Shown here piece after piece: positions 49,975-61,865 of a DNA stretch of 64,000 nucleotides (positions are counted from its first letter, which is position 1; each line of letters starts with the position of its first letter). A model generated the notes under the pieces. It did not search any database. It was not told the DNA's origin and saw only the letters and a program-made list of their open reading frames with translations. Both the position numbers and the translations under genes were made by a program. Origin of the DNA: Felis catus (lineage: Eukaryota); NCBI RefSeq assembly GCF_018350175.1, contig NC_058375.1, positions 38,564,001 through 38,628,000 on the forward strand. Direction: 5' to 3'.

Positions 49975-51050
49975 ATGACAAAATGAAGGAATTCACCCCA
50001 AAAGAAGGAAGAGGAAGAAATGACAGTCAGGGGCTTTAATCAACAGAGATATAAACAAGATGTCTGAACTAGAATTTAGAATCATGATAATAAGAATACT
50101 AGCTGGGGTTGAAAAAAGCATAGAATCCCTTTCTGTGGAGATAAAAAAAAAATAAAATCTAGTCAAGATGAAATAAAAAATGTTATAACCGAGATGCAAT
50201 CTTGAATGCATGCCATGATGGCAAGGATGGACAAAGCAGACCAACAAATCAATGATTTCAAAGATAAAATTATTGAAAATAATGAATCAGAAAAAAAAAG
50301 AGGGAAACTAAGGCAAAAGAGTATGATACAAGACTTAGAGAACCCAGTGACTTATTGAAAAAGGAATAACATCTGAATCATAGGAGTCCCAGAACATGAA
50401 AAGAGAGAAAAAATGGAAGAAGGTTTATGTGAGCAAATTATAGTGGAACACTTTCCTAATCAGTGACATCAAAATCCAAGAAACACAGAGAACTCTCACT
50501 AGATTCAATAAAAACCAACCATCACCAAGGCATATTGTAGTCAAATTCACAAAATACACAGACAATAAAAGAATTATGAAAGCAGCAAGGGAAAAAAAGT
50601 CCTCAACCTATAAGGGAAGACAGATCAGGTTCACAGCAGACCTATCCACAGAAACTTGGCAGGCCAGAAAGGAGTGGCAGGATATTTTCAACGTACTGAA
50701 TCAGAAAAATATGCAGCCAAGAATTCTTTATCCAGTAAGGTTGTCATTCAAAATAGAAGGAGAGGGACACATGGGTGGCTCAGTTGGTTAAGCGTCTGAT
50801 TTGGCTCAGGTCATGATCTCATCAGCCCCATGTCAGGCTCTGTGCTGACAGCTCAGAGCCTAGAGCCCGCTTCAGATTCTTGTCTCCCTCTCTCTCTCTG
50901 CCCCTCCTCTCCTCATGCTCTTTCTCTCTAAAAAATAAGTAAACATTTAAAAAAGATTAAAAAAAATAGGAAAGATAAAGAGTTTCCAAGACAAACAAAA
51001 ACTAAAGGAGTTCATGACCACTAAAACAGCCATGCAATAAATTTTAGGGG
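49975..51050 (+). pseudogene. L1 ORF1p relic (stops, frameshifts and a SINE insertion)
   Basis: MTK*RNSPQKK...MSELEFRIMIIRILAG...KAAREKKSSTYKGRQIRFTADLSTETWQARKEWQDIFNVLNQKNMQPRILYPVRLSFKIEGE|SINE|IKSFQDKQKLKEFMTTK. Confidence 0.92.
50764..50962 (+). mobile_element. Felid SINEC inserted in L1 ORF1; B-box region deleted
   Basis: gatctcatcagcccc lacks the usual gttcg segment; degenerate TSD aaaatagaaggaga / aaaataggaaaga. Confidence 0.93.
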
Positions 51051-51156
51051 GAGGGGGCGCGAAGACAAGACAAAACAAAAAACACCAAAAGCAACAAAGA
51101 CTTTCTAGAAAGGACCAGAGAACATCACCAGATACACCAACTCAACAGGCAACACA

Positions 51157-52260
51157 ATGGTGCTAAACCCATATCTTTGAATACTCACTTTAAATGTCAA
51201 TGGACTAAATGCTCCAGTCAAAAGACACTACAGTAACAGAATGGATAAGAAAACAAGATCCATCTATATGCTGGTTATAAGGGACCCATTTTAGACCTAA
51301 AGACACCTGCAGATTGAAACTAAGGGGAGGGAGAACCATCTATCATGCTAATGGTCATCAAAAGAAAGCTGGTGTAGCCATACTTATATCAGACAAAATA
51401 GATTTTAAAATAAAGAGATGTAACAAGAGATGAAGAAGGGCATTATATTGTAATTAAGGGGTCTATCCACCAAGATCTAATAATTGTAAATATTTATGCC
51501 CCCAACATGGAATAACCCAAATATATAAATCAATTAATGCCAAACATAAAGCAACTCATTGATAATAATACCATAATACTAGGGGACTTCAAATCCCACT
51601 TACAACAATGGACAGATCATCTAAGCAGAAAATTAACAAGGACACAATGGCTCTGAATGATACAATGGGCTGAATGAACTTAACAGATATATTCAGGACA
51701 TTTCATCCTAAAACAACAGAATACACATTCTTCTCAAGTGCACATGGAACATTCTCCAAAATAGATCACATACTGGGAAACAAGTCAGCCCTCAACAAGT
51801 ACAAAAAGATCAATATCATACCTTGCATATTTTCTGACTACAACACTATGAAACTCAAACCATGAGAAAAAACTTGGAAAGACCATGAATACTTGGAGAT
51901 TAAAGAACACCCTACTAAAGAATGAATGGGTTAACCAAGAAATTAAAGAGGAAATTAAAAAGTACATGGAAGCCAGTGAAAATGAAAACGTGACAACCCC
52001 AAACCTCTGGGATGCAGCAAAGATAGTAATAAGAGGGTATATATAGCAATCCAGGCCTCCCTAAAGAAGGAAGAGAGGTCTCAAATACACAACCTAAACT
52101 TCCACCTAAAAGAGCTGTAAAAAGAACAGCAAATAAAGCTCCAAACCATGGAAATAATAAAGGGAAGAAGGAAAGGGAAATAATAAAGGGAAATAATAAA
52201 GATTAGAACAGAAAGCAATAAATCGAAATAAAAAAAAAAACAGAACATATTAATGAAGCC
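51157..52260 (+). pseudogene. L1 ORF2p relic: APE-like endonuclease and following segment only
   Basis: MVLNPYL*ILTLNVNGLNAPVKRH; LTDIFRTFHPKTTEYTFFSSAHGTFSKIDHILG; SDYNTMKL; NLWDAAK; ends before the SWFFEK segment and the RT domain. Confidence 0.92.
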
Positions 52261-52365
52261 ATAAACATGCTTTTATGCCTTACATATGGTGCTCCAGGCC
52301 CTGCCCTGGGAAGATTCAAAAAAGAGTAAGTCTGGGTCTCCCATCTCCTTAGAGATTAAAAAAAA

Positions 52366-52590
52366 TTTTTTTTAATGTGTTTTTCATTTTTGAGAGACAC
52401 AGACAGACAGAGCATGAGCGGGAGCGGGGGCAGGAGCAGTGGTGCAGAGAGAAAGAGAGACACAGAATCCGAAGCAGGATCCAGGCTCTGAGCTGTCAGC
52501 ACAGAGCCTGACACAAGGCTTGAACTCACGAACCATGAGACCATGACCTGAGCTGAAGTTGAACGCTTACCTATGGAGCCCCTGAGCATT
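52366..52590 (-). mobile_element. Felid SINEC with diverged head
   Basis: gacacagaatccgaagcaggatccaggctctgagctgtcagcacagagcc...tgacctgagctgaagt. Confidence 0.93.
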
Positions 52591-55500
52591 CTTTAAGATC
52601 CAGTGCAAATGTCACCTCTTCTGGGAAGCCTTCCCTGATGAATCACCTCTCACACAGATTCTTCTATCTCTCCTCTTTGGGACACCCTTCACTCCTGGCA
52701 CTGTGTGTCCTTGTTTGTCTGTCTGCCCCCACTACTCCCCTCCCATCCATGGCTGGCATCCACAGAGTCTATTGACTGGAGGGTGATGAAGTCTGGGCAG
52801 CACTCTTGGGGCACTTGTGGGTGAGCAGAGACCAGGAAAGGAGGAGGGTCTTGAGGTTCAGAGATGCTGGAAAAGGCTGCATGTTGGACATGAGACCAGC
52901 TCAGATGTTGAGTGATATCCCAGCAAACTAACCAAGCACTCTGATGGCCTCTCATGCTTCCAGGAGAGTCTATCAGTCCCCATGTGTGTGAGTCTGTGGG
53001 TGCCAGTGCCTCTGGCCTTACTAGCGAAGCCATTAACCTTTGGTGTTTAAGGCAACTTGTCTGCTTATAGTTATGAAAACAAGCACTAGGCATGGTGGTG
53101 TCAGGAAGGTCTCATTTGACTCCATGTCTGTCCCCACTAATTAGCAGGCCCAGAAGCACAGGGATGGACTTATCCAGGCAAGTGCCACCCTCTCCACTGC
53201 CCCTGGGGAGCAGGTGCTCGTGTTGACCACCTGGACCTGACATATCACCTGCTCCCTGGCTCCCCTTAACCCCAAAACAAGTGTACCTTTGCCCAGGGCT
53301 GTGCAGCCCTCTGTCTCTGGCCCCCCCTCTCTGGCCCCTCCTTGCCCTTGTCCCCACAACTCCTGAGTCCCTATTTCCTCTTGCCTGGATTCCTGAGGCA
53401 GCCTCCCAGTGACCTCCCTGCATCAAGTACATCCAGAACAGGTTCTGGGCCTCCCCACTGAAGCTAGAGTGAAACTGGAACTAGATGTCATGACTCCTCA
53501 CTGGAACCCTTTCCGTGGTTCTGCAAGGCCTTGGGATGTGGCCCTTGCCTGGTTCTCCAGCCTCACCTTCCTGGACCACCCACCCCCTTCCCCCTGCTCC
53601 TGGCGGCACACTTGCCCCAGTTCAGCCTCCACCTCTGCTGCCTCCTCAACTGGTGCTTTCTGTCTCCCACCTGTCTCTGAGTCCTAAGGGCTCATGTCCA
53701 CCTACAGTTCCCTTCTCCCTGGAAGATGAAGTCCCCTACCCTGCCATTCTAAAGTAGCTCCACAGCCTGCATGAGTGTTCCACACGCATTCCTTCCTGCT
53801 TTCATTCCACAGACCTGTGCCGAACACGTGCCAGGCACAGCGAGGGTCAAACCACTCCCATCACCTACAGTCCTCCAACTGGTCTGGGAGGCAGAGGACG
53901 GCTCTCCGGGCCCGGCCTTTTACTCACATTCCAGTCCCCCTGTTTGCTGCTCTCTGTACCCATGGGAAGACCCTGAGCACACCATTTGCCCTGTCTGGGA
54001 CTCAGTTTCCTCCTTAGCAATCCCTACCTCTCAAGGTGTTGTGAGTTAATAACAGTAGTAGTGTTGGGAAAACGAATAAAGTTTTACACCATAAGATGGC
54101 CGAAGGGACTAAAACAAGCTCTGGTCTCTGGCTTAGAAACCCCTTTTCTGGGTTCTTCTTGCCCTGTTTGCCATGCACGCGAAAAGCCCCCCCCCCCCCC
54201 CCCCCAAACATGGAGGCTGACAACTATAACTTACCCTTCCTGCTTGCATTCAGGGCTCAGATCTTTGGAGAAATGGTCTCCTCTGAGCCCGCCAGTGTTA
54301 AACAAATCTCCGATCCACCAAGATCTGAGTGCTGCTTGGTTTTTCTGCCAGTGTTCCAGCCTGATTGCTAACAGTAGTAGTACTAGTACTAATAATAATG
54401 CAGAGCACGAAGTATGGGCTGGGCTCTGTTCTAAGTGCCTTACAGGTATCAATTCCTTCACCCTGCTGGGCTGGTCTCGGCAGTTAAAGGACTAGCTCAG
54501 CATCGGGCCTGGATTCAGGAAGCACCCAGCAGCTACTGGCATCACCGGGACAGTCACGTCTGGCCTGAAAGAGGCATGTGAGACAGGAATATGCCAGGCA
54601 CGTTCTGGGCCCGGCATGCAGACGAGCCTGGCTGGAGCTCAGGGCCCGTGTTTAATAAAAGATTAATGAAATTGTCAAATTGACCTTGTCAATGTCTGCT
54701 CAATCCAATTATGTGGCTGTGGCCCCCATGAATGGGGTTAAAACAGAAGTGTACATGAGAGACACCAGGACAGCAGCCCCTGGGGAGACAGTGCTGCCTG
54801 GGAAACCCTGCGGTGAAGAGGTTCCTACAGCCGGGCCAGGCCATCTCCGCCCCCGCCCCCTCTAAGAAGTGCTGGCCACCTGCGGGCACAGTGTCCCCTT
54901 ATTCTGGAGAAACTGCAGCTGAGCAGCCACTCTCCACGGGGGGAGGGGGGTGGGGTGGGGTGGGGAGTGAGGCGCATGGCACCTTTGACTGATGCCCACA
55001 CTGTGTGAAGCCATGCTGTGCTGGGCATGGGACACATGGAAGCAAGAACCGGTGGTGTCCTTGAGAAGTCCTTGTCTGGTGAGTGGGAAAGACAGAAACA
55101 AACAGAATTCACCCAGTGAGAGCAGTGCCCAGTGCAAGCACTCAGGAAGGTCCCAGGAAAAGACAGCACCTGAGGCTGACGAGTGGCCTAGGAGGGGACC
55201 CAGAGGAGAAAGATGGGAAATCCCCCCCCCCCCCGCCAGGGGGGACAGCCAGGCTTCAGGCTGGGGCACAAGGAGGGACGTTCTGTAAAGTTCTGGGGGC
55301 AGGGACTCCAACACGGAACAGAAATGGGAGTTTGTCCACGGTGGAGAAGGGTTGGGCGCTGGGCCGGCAGAGGGGCAGCACAGGGCCGCTCGGGTGACCT
55401 GGAGAGCAGAGGCTGGTGCCCAGGGGGTGTCATAAGATGGGGGCAACTTTCTAAGGAATGAGCCCCAACAGTTCTCTATGTATAGGGAAGCTCACTCAGC

Positions 55501-56099
55501 CCTCTCTGGAAGGGTCTGGCAGCGCTTGGATGGAGTGCACATCTGAGAAATCTGGCACCAGCTGCGGCCTCACTGACTCCAAGATTCTGAGGAAGCCCTT
55601 GAGGAAGAGGCGGGGCACAGAGCTGCTCCTCCCCACTCTCTTGCTCCTAGTCCCGCCCCCGTCTGCTGCTCCTGCCTGCTCACCTGAGGCATTTCCTGGT
55701 TTCTTCCACCTGATCAGCCCTTTTCAGTTCACTGAATTTCCTCGCTCCCTTCAACACCTAGAGATTCACAGTGACACCGCCAGACAGCGTCATTGTTCCC
55801 ATTTCACAGTTGATGAAACTGAGGCTAAGGGAGACCAAGTGCCCCTGTCCGAGTGTTGTTCATAATGGAGACGAGACTCATGCCTATTTGCTGAGAACCA
55901 AAATCCTACGCTCACTCCATTGCCTCATGGTTATCTTTAAGGGAGTGGGGGGCTAAAGCAGTACATCTTGGTATGAGCTGTCAGTAGAGACGGGTAGATT
56001 CTGAGTGGCTCCTCACCAGACAGGCCATCACCTAGAGTCTTAACTTGAAAAGGCAATCCTGCCACCTGCTTATCTGGGGCTCAGCAGGGACCTCCAAAC

Positions 56100-57340
56100 A
56101 CGAGACACACATGTGGATGTGGCTTTCAGACAATGTGATTCATGATCAGCCAAGGATTCTGATTAGAACAAACATTTCTCCATGGCCCTGCCTCTGTGCC
56201 CCTGGGGAGGATAAATCCCCGTCCCCTCCCAGTGAATGACATCACTGCCCACCTGCTCAGCCAAAGCAGAAACGGGAGGCCATCGCTGAGTCCGATCCTT
56301 CTCCCCCTCCCTGTCTAATCAGCAAGTCACGGTGGCTTCACCCCAAATACACATTTGTATTTTGATGCGCCCCACCCTTCATTCCCACCACCCTGCTTTG
56401 CTCCGGTCCCCACATTTCTTGCCTGGACCATTCGACCAGGCTCCGTTTTCCCCACTCTCGGTTCTTGCCCTCACCTGTTCATCCTCTACAGTTCCACCAC
56501 AGTGGTCCTTCTGAAGCACCAATGAGACCAGGTCACTCCCGGGCTTAATATCTTTCCCTGTGGCTACGTCACAGCAACATCCAGCCAGTCAGCCCAGGGG
56601 CCCACCACCCCGCAGCCTTGTCTCTCAGCAGGTCCCAATCGGACCCCACACTCCAGACCCCACTCCGAACCTCTCAAGGTGCCGAGAAAATACTGAGCTT
56701 TCCCAGTCGTTCATGCAGTCACTCATCCATCTGCGTATCCAACTTTTGAGGCCGTAGGCGGTGATGGGGGTAGGACAGCATTCACGTAAATACATCAGGA
56801 TGGGCGGGCTCTGGAGCAGCAGCAGAGCACAGGAGAGCGCCCCCCGGTGGTGGGGTGGGGTGGGGTGTATGCTCCTTCAGCCGAGGCTGGACGAGGACAA
56901 CCTCTCACGAGGGAGACCCGTGTGGGCAAAGAACAGAAGGAAGTGGGAGCAGCTGTGCCTTACTCACTTCATTCCCTCTGCTTGTAACGCCTTACGCCCT
57001 CCTCAGGCCCTGAGATTCTCACCTGAAATTCATTCTCACCTCAGAAGCAGCTGGCCCCTCCTCTAGGACACTGAAGCAAAACCCACCCACCCTTCTTTTG
57101 TGCTCCTGCAATACCTCACACAGCTTGGGTCCCAGTTCTGTGACCCGAGGCGGCTCCTTTCTTTATCGCTCCCCACCCCTTCATTCATTCATTCACTCAT
57201 TCAGTCCTATCTTCAACAAAAACTGCTTCAACAGCCCCTGGGGGCCAGGCCTGAAGGGACTCTGTGTGCTCCATCTCATTATCCCTGGGGCAGCCTAGCA
57301 CCTGGCCCAGCATGGCTTTGGCTGAGTGAATAAACATTTG
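56100..57340. mobile_element. Cluster of decayed L2 fragments, both orientations
   Basis: ccaggtcactcccgggcttaatatcttt; ttcattcattcattcactcattca; cctagcacctggcccagcatgg...gagtgaataaa. Confidence 0.55.
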
Positions 57341-59409
57341 AGATCATTTTATTGAAATACTTCAGAGTAAATTTGGAGACAGGCATTCCTCTGCTCAAGA
57401 GTGATTTAATAACCACAAATGCCTTTAACACAGCGGGGAGGCAAAAAAAGGTGTGCATTTTCCCTTATTGCTGCTGTTAAAATAAATGGCATTTTTAATA
57501 AAGTGTCCCCATACAGCATACAGAATGTGGCCACATGATGAAATAAATAAATATATGGTGAAATTATGCATTGCAAAGCAGACTTTTTCTGGTCTTTTGG
57601 TTATTAAATTTAATCACTTTTGAGCTGTGCCTCTACTCTTTTTCCTAGAGGCAGGTACGCTTTTGATTAAAATGTGGGCCCCAGAGCACTTGCACAGGGG
57701 AAGGCTGACTACGTCCCCAGAGGAACTGGAGCGGAGCGAGCAAACCGGATGATGGGGCCAAGGCAACAGCCACAATTTGTTTCTCACTTGATGGACGTGT
57801 TTATCCCCAGACAGAGTGCGTGGCAGTTGCGGGGCGTATGGAAATCTTGCAATTAAGGCAAAGTCTAATTAGAGGCTGCATATTCAAACTACAAAGGGAG
57901 CGCTCCGAGTGGCAGCCACTCTGGCCGGCTCTGAAACGTGATTCCCCACTCCAGTCCCTGCCTGAGCCACCATTCACTGCCTGAGGAGGAAGGCCGGCGG
58001 GTGGGGGGGGGGATATGTATCTTATGGCCGTCCGTGGATTCCCTGGTGGCATCTGTGCCTTCACAGTCCATGGAGATGCCTTGGCCCATGGAGAACAGCA
58101 CAGGTTTTGGAATCCACCAGACTTGGATTTGCATTGTCTCTGCCCATTATCGCTGCTCTAGCCTCAGCATCCCCATCTTCCTGATGGGAGTGGTGATGGG
58201 CCTCCCTTAGGGCCATGGAAGGAGCAAGCAAGGCTTTGTGGGGCCTCAGTCCAGGGGATGCACAGCTCAGGAGAGTTTACTGCCCGGGGCCCGAGGCAAG
58301 AGTCTGGTGGGGTGGGCTCTTACTATTACATCATTCACTGTGCCCACAGGACTCTTTTGGACTTTTCTCTCAAGTACCTGACACCGTGCTCAGCTATCAA
58401 TTTTGTGTGTCCACCGTGGCAAAAACCTGGGGTAAGCTGTTTCCCCTCAATGCCAACAGTACTGGGGAACGGAGGCAGCGGAAGAGACTGATGGCAGGGC
58501 TTATGATCTGGGGTTCTGGCCCAGAGCCAGCAAGAGTTCCTGAGCTTAGACTGGGGTCAAGGCGTGACTCTGAAATTGTCTTTGCCCTCAAGAAAGTCAC
58601 AAGCTAGCCAGGAAGACAGATCGGAAAAGAGCACAGACGTTTACATTCCTACAACATTTTACAGGTTAAAAAGTGCTTCTGACTGATCCCTGTTTAATCC
58701 TGCCAAGAGCCTGTGAAGGAGGGGCTCATGCTGGCCCCCACGTGACTGAGCCCCAGGCCAGGTCTGCACTTCAGGCACACAGAAGAGGGTGTGTGTCTCA
58801 CAGACCCCCTCACCCGGGACCCTCGCAGGCACAAGGTATCGAAACCCTTTCTGCTATCTGTTCTTTTTCTTCAGATCTTTTTGTCTTTTGTCAGAAATAG
58901 AGTCAACATCGCAGACGTCTCTTTGGGGTGCCCTTGCCCCTCCCACCCCTGAGCTCCTTTCCTGGCCGGGTCCTCACACTCTGAATGCTCAGCTCCCTGT
59001 CCATCAACAACCTGTGCTGGTAGTTTGTTACAAGAGTTCACATACATCGTCTCAGACTCTAAGTTTCACTCAACAGCCTGCTTTTCTGACTCCACATGAT
59101 GCTTTGGGTGCTTCTTTCTGCGGATACTTGTAGCTCTGCTTCATTTTCTGCTGGATGGTCTTTCACTCTATGAAGAAAGTCAGTGGGACGTGTGTGTGCA
59201 CGTGCAGTTATCCTGTTGTCGGACATGTGCTTCCATCTTTCTACCATCCCCACTGCTTTGCAAGGGAAACTTGTACGCGAAGGTGAACCTTACAACATGG
59301 CTAGACCCCAACCAGCGGGGGAGGAACACTCCCCAACTCTGTCCCACGGTGCAGGGGCTGGCACCCGGCCGGCTCTCAGTCAGTGCTGATTGCTAGAAGG
59401 CACTGAGGC

Positions 59410-59650
59410 CGTGATGCAAGAACAGTGGACTTGGTGTCAGAAGGACCTGGATTGGAGTCTTAACGCTCTCACTTATTAGCTGTGTGACAGTGTGCAAAAG
59501 ATCTAACCTCTCTGGGCTGCAGTGTCCTCATCAGGAGAAATAAAGACAGCAATGCCAACTCTGAAATATTCTTGTTGTGGTTATTTAAATATGTGGGGTC
59601 TTCAGTGTGGATCCTGAGCGACAGGAGGAGCTCAGCAAAGCTAATGGAAA
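59410..59650 (+). mobile_element. MIR relic
   Basis: tggacttggtgtcagaaggacctggattggag...acttattagctgtgtgac...aacctctctgggctgcagtgtcctcatc. Confidence 0.85.
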
Positions 59651-60360
59651 GATCTCCTACCACTGAGCAGGGGAAAGGTGTGGGGAGGCATCGCATGTTC
59701 TTGTTGGCCACCCTTCTCACTCTGCATCAGGAAGTCTGGATCAAAAGCTCAGTCTTAAAGACAAGAGGAAAAGAAAGAAAAAGACGACGAAAAGAAGCCA
59801 CCTTACAATCATAATTTAAAACCCAGGGGAACCCAACCCACTTTCGAATCTGGCCGTAGTCTCTATTCCATCTGTGCCTTTAATGAGGTGACACTGGAAA
59901 TCTCTAGGTGTTTGAGGTACTTGGTCCTGGGCCAGCTCCTCAAGAGGCAGCCCCAGCCTGCAAAGCCCCACCTACCCCTCCTGGGCCCTGAGGAAGGCGG
60001 CGCCAGGCTGGACTACAGAGGGTTAAATCTCTTCCTCCCCCAAGAGATTGGAGCCAGTGAGGCTGTCTGCTTAAATGGCCCATAACCATCTCCCAAACCT
60101 CCTTAGCTCCGAGAAGTGCCAAGTCAGCAAAATGAAAATAATTTAAAGAGCCATTGAAAAGAGGAACTCCGGCCTCTCTCCTTCTGCCACAATGATAGCT
60201 TCTCAGCAGTGAGTGGCTCTCATTTTTCATATCCAGGGCCAGGGGCTTCCCACCCATTTGGGGAAAGAATGTGTCACAGGCTGAAATCTCTTCTCTGATG
60301 GGAGGAGGGGCAGAGGGGCAGGAGGACTATATGTCACAGGCACTGTAAATGAGGAAACCG

Positions 60361-60560
60361 GCTTGTCATGAGTAGTGAGTAAGCCGTAGAGATCTACTGC
60401 ACAGTATAATGAATACAGAAAATACTATCGGACTATAAGTATGTAATGTGATAAATACTGCTACACTGGCAATCACAATGCATAAATGTATCAAAGTAAC
60501 ATACTGTGCACCTTAAACTCGCACGATGTTGCATGTCAAATTTATTCAATACAAAAAAAA
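60361..60560 (+). mobile_element. 5'-truncated L1 3' end (L1MA/MB-like)
   Basis: agagatctactgcacagtata...atgtatcaaagtaacatactgtgcaccttaaactcgcacgatgttgcatgtcaaatttattcaata followed by an A tail; degenerate TSD taaatgaggaaacc / taacagaggagact. Confidence 0.85.
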
Positions 60561-61388
60561 TAACAGAGGAGACTGAGACTCATGGAAGAGCCAGCCTCAA
60601 GGCTCCGCACAGGTGAGGCGTGCCATCCTGGCTCCCTGCTTCCTCATGCAGAGGGGTGGGCGGCACCTGGTAGTCAGCACCTACTATGTGCCTGCTGTGT
60701 GCCCAGCGCTTTATGCAACAGCCCTAAAACATTGCCATTGTTATTCTTTCTACATAGCTAATAAATTTGAGGACCCAGAAGGGTCAGTCACTTGTCCAAG
60801 GTCATGTTACTGAAAGGTGGTGGAGGAAAGGTTCAAACCCACGCTGTTTCCATGGCATCAAGGAAGCTTACTTAGGGAAGCCCCGACACAGAGAGGAATC
60901 CAGGCAGGCAGTCTGCCCCCTCCCCGGGACTAGTTTCATCTACCGCTCTGGGAGCCTTGCTTCTGCTGGGGCTGAGTCCCCACGAGGGCCTGTGCTGATG
61001 GGGCCGGAGCATGGGAGCCGGGAGCCGCGTGGAGGGGCTGCTCCAGACACAGGTGCCCCGGGGCTCTTCGCACCCGGACCACTGCAGGGCTCACAGCCTG
61101 GTTCCCATCTGGCAGTGTCAACACTTAAGGAGGGAGGATGGTGGGCATCTGCCCCTCATCATCGCTTACCCGGGCTATTCCAAAAACCTCCGCAACTCCT
61201 CTCTTTCTCCAAGCCCCCCACCACACCGATGCTGGCCTGACCTTTCAGCATCGGTGGTCTTCAGAGGCCAACAGCACAGCCTGGGGCCAAGGCTCTCCAT
61301 GGTCTCACCCCTTCCCCCCTCTCCAGCCTTCTCTCCCAATACCAATTTCACCCCCACTCCTTGAAACTTCTCCCCTCTCCCACCTCTT

Positions 61389-61601
61389 TAAAAAAATTTT
61401 TTTTAACATTTATTTTTTGAAAGAGAGAGACAGAGTGTGAGTGGGAGAGGGGCAGAGAAAAGGGAGTCACAGATTCTGAAGCAGGGTCCAGGCTCTGAGC
61501 TGTCAGCACAGAGCCCGGTGGGGGGCTTGAACTCATGAACCATTAGATCGTGACCTGAGCCAAAGTCAAATGCTTAACTCACTGAGCCACCCAGGCACCC
61601 C
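61389..61601 (-). mobile_element. Felid SINEC
   Basis: 18-bp TSD t(c/a)ccctctcccacctctt at 61371-61388 and 61602-61619. Confidence 0.96.
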
Positions 61602-61629
61602 TACCCTCTCCCACCTCTTGCCCCTTGCT

Positions 61630-61865
61630 CACAATGACAATAAACACTTACGTGGTGTTCACTGTGTGTCAGGTACAGTTCTAAGTGCTTTATAGATATT
61701 AACTTCATGCTCACAGGAACCTGAGACCTCCATTTATGTGGAGGGAAACCAAGGCCCAGACCAATTAAATAACTCACCCAATAACTCACACAGACGTAAG
61801 TGGTGGAGCTCACACTCAGACCCAGGCAGCGTAAGGTCAGGCTCCTCAGACTTAACCACTGCCAA
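61630..61865 (-). mobile_element. MIR relic
   Basis: actgtgtgtcaggtacagttctaagtgctttatagatattaact...gggaaaccaaggcccaga. Confidence 0.85.

Larger units (their letters stand above)
48369..52260 (+). mobile_element. Carnivore-type L1: complete 5'UTR, ORF1 and ORF2 N-terminus; 3' half absent
   Basis: Starts gagggggagttaagatggcagag; T-rich distal 5'UTR; ORF1 and ORF2 peptides recognisable. Confidence 0.93.

Noticed and set aside
54862-55446. 194-aa minus-strand ORF and overlapping ORFs
   Set aside because: GC-rich low-complexity and L2-derived sequence, open in several frames at once, no domain
55600-55680. GC boxes suggesting a promoter
   Set aside because: No CpG island or other core-promoter support
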